Source: Octopus bimaculoides (taxonomy: Eukaryota). Taken from it: DNA of 35,337 nucleotides. The DNA is taken from NCBI RefSeq assembly GCF_001194135.2, contig NC_068984.1, positions 130,205,540 to 130,240,876 on the forward strand. Direction: 5' to 3'. The notes beneath the pieces were generated by a model. That model was not told the DNA's origin and made no database searches. It saw nothing but the letters and a program-made list of their open reading frames with translations. The translations under genes were made by a program, and so were the position numbers. This document shows, one piece after another, positions 11,784-22,021 of the stretch. Within the stretch, counting starts at the first letter, position 1; every line of letters begins with the position of its first letter.

Positions 11784-12042
11784 GTATATGTATATATATA
11801 GAGAGAGTGAGATAGAGAGAGGGAGAGATAATAATGTGAGTGTGTGTGTGTGTGTGTAAACATATATTTGAATATAAGACTGTATGTATGACCATGTGCT
11901 TGTGTGAGTGTGTGTTTGTGTATGTGTCAGTATGTGTATATGTCAGTATGTGTATATGTCATTTTATGCCTATGTATGTGTATGTGTGCATGTGTGATTG
12001 GTAGTGTGTGAATGTGGGTGTGTGAGTGTGTATTCATGTTTC

Positions 12043-12268
12043 TTATTTCTTTACTGCCCACAAGGGGCTACACACAGAGGGGACAAACAAGGACAGACAA
12101 ACGGATTAAGTCGATTATATCGACCCCAGTGCATAACTGGTACTTATTTAATCGACCCTGAAAGGATGAAAGGCAAAGTTGACCTCGGTGGAATTTGAAC
12201 TCAGAACGTAGCGGCAGACGAAATACCGCTAAGCATTTCGCCCGGCGTGCTAACATTTCTGCTAGCTT
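12043..12268 (-). mobile_element. SINE family A1 (full length)
   Basis: Reverse-complement match to 3912-4141. Confidence 0.88.
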
Positions 12269-12274
12269 ACTGCC

Positions 12275-12816
12275 TTTATTTATGTGTGTATTTATGCTTC
12301 TGTGTGTTTGTATGTGTGTGTGTGTGTGTGTGTGAATGTGAGTGTATATTTCTGTTTTTGTGTGTGTGAGTACGTATGTATGTATGTGTGTGTGCATGAA
12401 TGTATGTATGTATGTATGTATGTATGTATGCATTTATGTATGTATGTATACATGTATATATGTATGTATGTGAGTGTATATTTATGTGCTTGGTCATGTG
12501 TATGTATGTGTGTATGTGTACATTTGCATGGATGTGTGGTTGTAATTGTATATTCCTGTATATATGTGTGTGAGCGTGTATTTCTGTGTTTATGTGTGAC
12601 TCTGTGTGTGTTCGTATGTATGTGTGTGTATGTATATGTGTGTGAATGTATATATGAAAGTGAATATTTTGTGTGCGTGAGAGTCTGGTGTGTTTGTGTA
12701 TGTGTGTATATTTTTGCTTGTATATATGTGTGTGAGTGTATGTATATGAATGTATGTATATGAATATATATTTCTGTGTTTGTGTGTGTGTGTGTATGTA
12801 CGCATGTTTGTGTGCG

Positions 12817-12864
<48 letters not shown>

Positions 12865-13062
12865 TGTGTCTGCACGTGCATGTGTGTGTTTCTGTTTGTA
12901 TTTTTATGTTTTTTTATGTATGTATGTATATATTATGTGTATGAATGTGTAGATAAGTATGTTTTTGTGTGTATGTATGTGAGTGTGTGTGAGTATATAT
13001 TTCTGTTTAAGTATATGTGTATATGAATGTATATATGTGGGTGTGTGTGTGTGCGTGTGTAT

Positions 13063-13104
<42 letters not shown>

Positions 13105-13229
13105 NNNNNNNNNNATATATATATATATATATATATATATATACGCACACACATATATATATGTTTCTTTGCGTGTGTGCATGTCTATGTTTGTATGTGT
13201 GAAAGTGTGTGTGGGTGAGTATTTAGTCC

Positions 13230-13263
<34 letters not shown>

Positions 13264-13310
13264 CTGTTTGTTTATGTGTGAGTATGTGTCTGTGAGTGAA
13301 CCATTAAGAA
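12275..13310. repeat. Degenerate (TG)/(TATG)/(TA) microsatellite field
   Basis: Direct inspection; the ORFs here are CV/HT/YI artefacts. Confidence 0.9.
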
Positions 13311-13797
13311 AAAAAAAATAGAAAACAAATAGAAGTGTGACACACAGACAGAACCTGGGAAATAATGGTCGTCTTCTTCGTCATTAATCAATATTAGATA
13401 TTGCGGTGAACAGCATTGGATCCCCCAGAACAATCTAGAACAAGCTGTGTACCTATACATACGTATATATATATATGTATATAAATATATATGTATGTCT
13501 ATATATTAACATATTGTCATGGAATGTGTGAGCTGGCAAGCTCCTCTCTCTTGCTCTCTGACTGTCAGTCACCGTGTGTGTGTGTGTGTGTGTGTGTCTG
13601 TGGGTACACGTTTATATATGTATATGTGTATAGTGAGAGAGAGAGAGAGAGAGAGAGAAGGAGAGAGGAATACTTAGGTAGATAGGGTAGATAAAATTAT
13701 ATATATATATATATATACATACATATATATTTACATACACATATATACATTCAACAAACACACACACATCACACACATGTACATGTATATATAATAA

Positions 13798-13829
<32 letters not shown>

Positions 13830-13830
13830 A

Positions 13831-13888
<58 letters not shown>

Positions 13889-14435
13889 TGTATGTATGTA
13901 TGTATGTATGTATACCACACACGGACACATGTATATATTTATAGAAAGATAGATAAATAGATTAATACATACATACAGACAGACAGACGGACAGACAGAC
14001 ATACAAACATACATACAAAGAGAGAGATAGCTTCATGTATGTATGTGTGTATGTAGGTGAGCATGTTTGAATGGATATGTGTGGGTGTACAAGTGTGTGT
14101 GTGTGTGTGTACATGTAGCAATGTGCGTTTGTGTGTTTGATCACATGCGTGAGCATCTTTGAGTAAATGTATATATGTATGCATAATGGTGGTTTATATA
14201 TATATATATATATATATAGTTTAGCATGTTGCTCCAAACCATTAGATCTTGTTGAACCATCAAAACCATGCCAACAAGGAAAGCAGATATAAAATTATGA
14301 TGATGAAAATAATACACACATACATACATACATACATATATATATAGATATAGATATTGATATGTATATATGTATGCATGTATATATGTATGTATGTATT
14401 TATATGTATATACATGTATACATACATACATATAG

Positions 14436-14467
<32 letters not shown>

Positions 14468-14473
14468 ATATAC

Positions 14474-14755
14474 CATCAGTATCATCAGCATGATCATCAT
14501 CATCGTCTAACGTCCGCTTTCCATGCTGGCATGGGTTGGACGGTCTGACTGAGGTCTGGAGAGCCAGCGGCTGCACCAGGCTCCAATCTGATCTGGCAGA
14601 GTTTCTACACCTGGATGCCCTTCCTAGCGCCAACCATTCTGAGAGTGTAGTGGGTGCCTTTTACGTGCCAGATAGGAGCCAGATAGGAGCCAGAGAGGCA
14701 AGCCTGGCATTGATCACATTCGGATAGTGCTTTTTATGTGCCACTGGCATGGGAG
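14474..14755 (-). mobile_element. RTE-type LINE 3' end
   Basis: Same family as 5844-6080; contains a short internal duplication (GATAGGAGCCA twice). Confidence 0.8.
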
Positions 14756-14814
14756 CTTATATGTACACAAATATTTGATCAGTATTAACGAATCCTCTGT
14801 TTGGTTGTTCAGTC

Positions 14815-15092
14815 CAGGGGTTTTAAAACTTTTTGACTTGCGGACCCCTTTATATTTCAGGCTTTACCTTAGGGACCCCCTTATAAACGCTTATGAAATT
14901 TATACATAAATATTTGCTTAAAATAACATATATTTTTACATTTATTTATTTAACAGTATTTAGCAAATAGGTTTATTGTCAATTAAAAGATTTCGATTAA
15001 AAAACATATAAAATCAAATTGCCCATAAAAAGTATTTGCTGTCTACAGACCCCCTGTCTTGGCTTTGCGGACCCCCAGTTTGAAAACCCCTG
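14815..15092. mobile_element. hAT MITE with perfect 8-bp TSD
   Basis: TIRs CAGGGGTTTTAAAACT / AGTTTGAAAACCCCTG; TSD GTTCAGTC at 14807-14814 and 15093-15100; subterminal GCGGACCCC motifs. Confidence 0.9.
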
Positions 15093-15109
15093 GTTCAGTC
15101 CATGATATA

Positions 15110-15480
15110 CAAGGTGGTATCAAAATGTTCCCATTCTAGTTCTGTAGCACGACAACAGATGGCAGCACATGGTTACATGTGCAGTGACAGCTAGCAGTGA
15201 CCTTCATGAGGCAGTCTGATGAGTGACATTGCTGTGTTTACTTCACAAGTTTTGAAATTTGTGTTTTTCTGATCACGCGTATGCTGTAGCCTGCGGTTGT
15301 GTCACAGACAGGAAGTTGGAACAAAGGGCCAATGTGAAATTTTGCATTAGATTTGGGAAGTCTGCTACAGTCAATGGGTCATACGCAATGTTTTGAGTGG
15401 CACGGGCATTTCAAAAGTAGAAGAATGTCCCTGGGAAATGATGAGTGATCTGGAATACTTGCTACGAGGATCATCCACCA
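15110..15480 (+). mobile_element. mariner (DD34D-type) 5' fragment
   Basis: TA then CAAGGTGGTATCAAAA terminus; encodes KLEQRANVKFCIRFGKSAT and, after a deletion/frameshift, MGHTQCFEWHGHFKSRRMSLGNDE*SG, a mariner N-terminal HTH signature. Confidence 0.82.
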
Positions 15481-15489
15481 GAAATGTAT

Positions 15490-15700
15490 GTCTTTGTCTA
15501 TGTGTTTGTTCTCTACCACCTCCTGACAACAAGTGTTGGTTTGCTTACATCCCTATAACTTCGCATTTTGGCAATAAGAAACTGATAGAATAAATACCAG
15601 GCCTTAAAAAATAAATAAATACTGGGCTTGATTTCTTCAACTAAACCCTATAAGGCAGTGCCCTGGCATGACCACAGTTCAACAAGTGAAACAAGTAAAA
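15490..15700 (+). mobile_element. SINE family B 3' half (diverged)
   Basis: Degenerate family B motifs with an AAACAAGTAAAA tail. Confidence 0.7.
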
Positions 15701-15799
15701 ACTAAATTAACCCCACAATTGCCCCTACTGAAGCCTGAGAATACACATATTACAGAAGAACATCATGTTAATTTACCAAGAGTTACAATAAGGAACAGT

Positions 15800-16350
15800 G
15801 GATGCATAATGGCCCAGTGGTTAGGGCAGTGGACTCACGGTCATAGGATCGCGGTTTCGATTCCCAGACCAGGCGTTGTGAGTGTTTATTGAGCGAAAAC
15901 ACCTAAAGCTCCATGACGCTCCAGCAGGGGATGGTGGCGAACCCTGCTGTACTCTTCCACCACAACTTTCTCTCACTCTTACTTCCTGTTTCTGTTGTAC
16001 CTGTAATTCAAAGAGTCAGCCTTGTCACACTGTGTCACTCTGAATATCCCTGAGAACTACATTATGGGTACANNNNNNNNNNCAGGGGATGGTGGCGAAC
16101 CCTGCTGTACTCTTCCACCACAACTTTCTCTCACTCTTACTTCCTGTTTCTGTTGTACCTGTAATTCAAAGAGTCAGCCTTGTCACACTGTGTCACTCTG
16201 AATATCCCTGAGAACTACATTATGGGTACACGTGTCTGTGGAGTGCTCAGCCACTTGCACGTTAATTTCACGAGCAGGCTGTTCTGTTGATCGGATCAAC
16301 TGGAACCCTCGACGTTGTAAGCGACGGAGTGCCAACAACAGCAACAATAA
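15800..16350 (+). mobile_element. tRNA-derived SINE family D, (CAA)n tail; includes a 148-bp gap-spanning duplicate
   Basis: A-box TGGCCCAGTGGTTAG, B-box GGTTTCGATTCCC and CAA tail; 15925-16072 equals 16083-16230. Confidence 0.78.
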
Positions 16351-16439
16351 GGAACAGCTTATCATCAAAAGGATTAACTGGACCATTCTTTTTTTTTTCA
16401 TTTCTTTTTTGAGTAGCATTATAACTTCAACCTTCTGTG

Positions 16440-16927
16440 ACTGTCTGACATGCTAAGCATTGAAGAAGACATTGAAGATGTGGATTTTTATTCGCAGAAA
16501 GACAGTTCACTCACCACACTACCACAGTCATGTAAGGGCCCACTTTGATGAGATTTTGCCAAACTGCTGGATTGAGTGAAACGGTTTAGCAGAAATCCTC
16601 CATGTTTCCCAGACCTCACTCTGTGAGACTTTTTTATGTGGATACTTAAAAGATAAAGTTTGCAATATAAAACCAGTAACAGTCTTTGAATTGAAGCCAG
16701 CCACTGAACGAGAATACCAAATGAAATGTTCCTTGATGTTTGTGATTCCATTGCTTCTGATTATCAGCAGTACATGACCAGAATGGTCATCAGTTTGAAA
16801 ATAGGCAAACATAAAAATTTGAAATTCTGTCTGTAGATTCTATTAAATTTGGAAAATGAAATATATTTTAATAAACACTGACTTTATGGTCATACAATAT
16901 GTATATAGATTTTTTGGTGACAACCTG
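16440..16927 (+). mobile_element. Tc1/mariner 3' fragment, DD41D (rosa/Visitor)-like
   Basis: With frameshifts reads FYSQKD..HYHSHVRAHFDEILPNCWIE*NG..PPCFPDLTL*DFF.W.YLKDKV; ends GACAACCTG followed by TA. Confidence 0.72.
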
Positions 16928-16989
16928 TACATACATACATACATACATACATACGTATGTGTGTGTGTGTGTGTTATGTTTTGAGGTCA

Positions 16990-17134
16990 GAAGCTTGCTT
17001 CCCAACCACATGGTTCCAGGTTCAGTCCCACTGCATGACACCTTAGGCTAGTGTCTTTTACTATAGCCTTGGGCTGACCGAAGCCTCGTGAGGGGATTCG
17101 GTATATGGAAACTGAAAGAAGCCTTTTGTATGCA

Positions 17135-17187
<53 letters not shown>

Positions 17188-17465
17188 GTGTATGTATACA
17201 CACACATATATATATACATATGTGTATGAGTGTGTCTTTGTTTCTGTGTTTGTCCCACACCACCGCTTGACAAACAGTGTTGGTGTGTTTGTGTCCCTAT
17301 AACTTAGCTGTTTGGCAAAAAGAAACTGATAGAATAAGTAACAGGCTCAAGAAAATAATAAGTGCTGTGGTTGACTCATTTGACTTAAAATTCTTCAAGA
17401 TGGTGACCCAGCATGGCTGCAGTTTAATGAGCGGAACAAGCAAATGATAAAAGGAGTAAAAGATA
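16990..17465 (+). mobile_element. SINE family B, near full length, expanded internal (TG)n
   Basis: Head, internal microsatellite 17130-17235 and 3' domain are all present. Confidence 0.85.
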
Positions 17466-17538
17466 AACAATAGAACGATAGATAGATAGAAAGATAGATA
17501 TTATAGATGTATGCATATCATCATCATCATCATCATCA

Positions 17539-17845
17539 TTACCTCCGCATTAGCGAAGGTGGAGGTATTGTTTTCAGTTGTGTTTGTTTTTTTTTTGTCT
17601 GTGGACAACATATCTCAAGAACTGCTGGATGGATTCAGATGAAACTTTCAGGGATGTTTGGCCTCATGACTGGCAAGAACTGATTAGATTTTGGGATCAA
17701 TCTGGTATTGGACAAGGATTCTGGATTATTTTTCCGGTTTTTTTACTTAATTTTTGAGAGGGTCGGGTTCATTTTTAGTATTCTCGTTTGTGAGAGCAGT
17801 CGAGTTTATTTCAGATATTCTCATTTTAAAGATCATCTCTGGCTA
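17539..17845 (+). mobile_element. DINE-1/HINE-like (Helentron-associated) non-autonomous element
   Basis: TT, then 5' inverted repeat TACCTCCGC (17540-17548) / GTGGAGGTA (17559-17567), a short GTTT tract and the core ATATCTC...GGATGGATT.AGATGAAACTT. Confidence 0.65.
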
Positions 17846-17846
17846 A

Positions 17847-17985
17847 TTTAGCGGTTCGGCAAAAGATACTAATAGAATAAGTACTAGGCTTACAAAGAGT
17901 AAGTCTTTGGATCGATTTGTTCTACTAAAGGCAGCGCTCCAGAATGGCTACAGTCAAATGACTGAAACAAGTAAAAAAATAAAAG
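17847..17985 (+). mobile_element. SINE family B 3' fragment
   Basis: GCGGTTCGGCAAAAGA...GACTGAAACAAGTAAAA. Confidence 0.8.
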
Positions 17986-17987
17986 AA

Positions 17988-18027
<40 letters not shown>

Positions 18028-18795
18028 TTTGTGTGTGTGTGTGTGTTTGTGTCACTTTATATAGTGTGTATCAAAATAAGAGCTCATAATACTTTCTTAG
18101 CATCATGTGCTACAATTTTTTTACATACTAAAGTTGCATTAGGAGCTGGATTTTTATATATGTATATGTGTGTGCATGTATGTATATATGCATGCATGTG
18201 CAGTATACATACATATATATTAAGGTAAGATCAACAAAAAAGTGCTCCATCCAGTGAGAGATAATTATCATATATATGTATCTACATGTATATATCTTCA
18301 TATACACACATAAACACACTCTCAAAACACTCACACATGCAAACATATACATATACACACACATATATATTCATATCTGTACATACACATGCATATTCAC
18401 ATGTACACTTAGAAGGACATACATATATGTACATAGATGCACATATACTTATATGTAAGCTATATATACATACACATACATATATATACATATAAATACA
18501 TACACATACAGACTTACTTAAGCACACACACACACATAATATATATAAATAAATATATATATATGTATGCATGTATCATATTTCTTTTAACGGTTTCAGC
18601 CAGATGCAGAGGCCATGCTGCAGCACCACCTTGAGTGAGATTGATTTTTCTTTTCAGAACCGTTTCTGTTTTTGATGAAGTAGCACATTGGACAAAGCTG
18701 CTCTTCTATTGTGTTTCCTTTCACGATGTGGGTTATATACATACATACATACATATCTATATAAATATATATATATATATATATATACACACGCG

Positions 18796-18827
<32 letters not shown>

Positions 18828-19139
18828 GTGTGCAGTCGTTTGTGTGAAAGGTCTTTGTATCTGGATGATGCGTGTATATATATGTGTCTGAATGTTTTGT
18901 GAAAGTGTGTGTGTGTATGTTTGCATATACATATATATATGCATAGACCTTAATGTGTTTTGTATAAGTATATGTATGCATACATGTACCTGAGCACCCA
19001 CGCCTGTTTACGTATCTGTGCGTGACGTCTTATCTGCATGTTCCCATACCTGAATGAATATGGGCATTCATGCACATTGAATCATATATATGAATGCATT
19101 CCTACTTGGATGAATACATACATATATATATATATATAA

Positions 19140-19663
19140 ACAAACACATGTATATATATTTATATATACACATGTATATATGTATGTATATATACATATA
19201 TATAATGTATGTGTATATATTTATGTACATACACACACATATATATCTATAAATATGTATTTATATGCATGTATATATATATATGTGTGTGTTCGCATCT
19301 ATATATATGCTTGTGTGCAGTTGCTTACATGTACACACTTTATGTGTTTGCATATCTGCATTATTGGTTCTGCATGTATCTATTTGAGTGTGTTGTGATA
19401 TAAGTGTGTTTGTGTGTGTGTGCGTGTGTGCCTCTGTGTGTGTATGTATGTGAGTGTCTGTGTGCGTGTATGTGAGTATGTGTTTGTGTGTATGTAAATA
19501 TGTTAATTGCGGATGCAAGTGCAGTAAATTTCTCGTTTTCAGCTATTCTTGAGGAGTGTGTGCCTGTGTGTGTATCTGTGCGTGTGTGTGTGTGTGTTTG
19601 TGTGCATGCGTGTATAGATACATACGTATGTGTGTCCTTTGTGTGTGTTTTTGTTTGTGTATA

Positions 19664-19761
<98 letters not shown>

Positions 19762-19935
19762 CGTGTGTGTATGTGCGTGTATACATATAAGCATATATAT
19801 ACACACATGCATACTCATACACATCCATAGCGGTACCTACATATACATATGTTGTTGCATATGTATACATGTAAGAGTGTATGTGTATGTATTTACATGT
19901 ATATATGTATGTATGTATGCATGTAGATACGTACG
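19140..19935. repeat. (TA)/(TG) microsatellite field including a pure (TA)n at ~19675-19755
   Basis: Direct inspection. Confidence 0.9.
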
Positions 19936-20277
19936 TAAAGAAAATGCGAAAAAGAAAGCAATAAACAAATTATAAAACAAACGAAATATGTCAGAAAATG
20001 GCGTCGTTGTTATGTAGGGAGTAAGATTAATTTGGTGGAAAACAACTTCGGTTAAAAATAGTGAGACCCATTCGAAAATTGTGATTTAACTCCGAGAAAG
20101 CACCGAAGAATTCCTCCATGTTACGATGGCTGTTAATTGTGGTCATAGAGAACAGGGTTTCCGTTTGTGGCTTTTCTGGTAACCATGTGGTATAGAGCTT
20201 TGTTACTGGGTAATAAATATTATAGTTCTATCGTTGTCCTGTCTCTCTATCTTTCGTTGTTTGAGCTTCTTTTATTT

Positions 20278-20402
<125 letters not shown>

Positions 20403-20485
20403 GCAAAGATATCTGGGGGTAAATTACAACTGAAATCAACTGCTAATCAGTGTGAAAAGGTTTTAATACAAACACAGCGATGAAA

Positions 20486-21112
20486 ATGCAGTGAGCTGAC
20501 AGAGTCGTTAGCATGCCTGGCAAAATGCTTAGCTGAATTTCGTGTGTCTTTATGTTCTGAATTCAAACTCCGCCGTGGTCGACTTTGCCTTTCTTCCCGT
20601 TCAGAGTTAATAAAATTTTGAGTACTGGCATCGACTATCCCCACCCAGCGAAATTTTAGGCCTTGTGCCTTTAGAAGAAAGGACTATAAATACAGAGATT
20701 AAAAAGCGCGAGCTGATAGAATCGTTAGGGGAATTTTGAGCTCATTGCATTCGTCTTTACGTTCTGAAATCAAATTCCACCGAGGTCGACTTTGCCTCTC
20801 ATCCTTTCGAAGTCGATAAAATAACTGGTGAGCTCTGGGATCGATGTAATTGACTGAGCCACTCCACCGAAATTACTGGCCTTGTGCCAAAATTTGAAAC
20901 CAACTTAATTACGGCGAGGCAAAGGCGGCGAACTGACAGAATCGTTACAGTGCCGGACAAAATGCTTAGCAGCATTTCTTCCGACTTCTGAATTCAAGTG
21001 CCGTCGGAGTCGACTTTGGCTTTCGTACTTTCGGGGTCATTTTAAAATTCTGTACACAGAGCAACGTCTACACCGAATTTGTTGACTTTGTACCAAAATT
21101 TGAAACCAATAT
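20486..21112 (+). mobile_element. Three tandem diverged SINE A2 copies (~20486-20685, ~20704-20905, ~20922-21112)
   Basis: Each has a GAGCTG.CAGA.TCGTTA head and a GGTCGACTTTGCC core, with a GGCCTTGTGCC-type 3' end that differs from A1. Confidence 0.8.
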
Positions 21113-21635
21113 AAATATGTAGGCGCAGTTATCTCCCCTGATGCTAGCTGTGTCAATAGCTCGCCGCTAGGCGAAGTAACGTGTAACTTTGGAATTCTGG
21201 GACTTGTCTCACCGCGGCCAACAGCGAGCAAAAGAAGTGACTTCCTCAGCTCTTAATCTCACCTTGGAGAGATGCACAACCACAAGACAAGCAATGCCAA
21301 GTAGACATTAAGCCACTATGACTTGGATTCTACAAAAGATGCTTTTGGTTTAAAGCAGCCCTGATGATTTCTGGTTATACTCTGTCTTTTTTTTACGTCT
21401 AGAACTCTTAACAGGGTTCGAATCCTGCGCATCTGAAACACTGTTCACCTCATGACCAGACTGAAACATGTGTAGGCACTTTTTATGCTTTTTCCTGCTA
21501 ATTTATGTTCTTTTTAATTTTATTTGTATTAAATGGTTTGCTATGCTTTTATCATGATACAAATAAAATAAGTATCTACTATATGTTTTTCTCCATTTTC
21601 TTATATAAATACAACTATATATGTGTGTATATGTA

Positions 21636-21856
21636 TATCCGGCATTCGCCATGATAGATCGCTGACCACTACATTTATTTTTTTTCTTTCCTTGTTTCTC
21701 TCCTTGATTCTTTCTGTGTTCCTTTCTGTTGAAGAGCGTAGGCTCGAAACGTTAAAAACTTTCTCTATTCCTGAGCGTTATACTAATACATCCATTTGTT
21801 GTTTACACCACCTGTCTTCGACTGTTGTTTTTTTTCATAAATCCTCCCCTGTATAT
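21636..21856 (+). mobile_element. Family E Penelope-like repeat with hammerhead-like motif
   Basis: CTTT CTGTTGAA GAGC GTAG GCTC GAAAC GTT AAA at ~21722-21756; homologous to 10147-10349. Confidence 0.7.
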
Positions 21857-21861
21857 TTATA

Positions 21862-22021
21862 TACGACAGGCTTCTAAAGTTACCACATTTACTCACAAGG
21901 CATTGGGCAGTTTGGAGCTATAGTTGAAGACTGTTGCTTGAAGAGCGATGCAATTTAGTTGAATCCGAAACCACACAGTTGCAAAGCGAGAGTTTAAATT
22001 CACACAGTTATACCTGCGCCT
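21862..22021 (-). mobile_element. SINE family B head (old copy)
   Basis: ACTCACAAGGCATTGG...CACACAG.TATACCTGCGCCT. Confidence 0.65.

Noticed and set aside
21037-21231. ORF MLAVGRGETSPRIPKLHVTSPSGE...
   Set aside because: No recognisable domain; its 3' half lies in a SINE A2 copy and there are no convincing splice signals.
21405-21432. tRNA-like T-arm CAGGGTTCGAATCCTGC
   Set aside because: Only a B-box/T-loop is present, with no D-arm, anticodon arm or acceptor stem. At most it is a decayed SINE or tRNA scrap.
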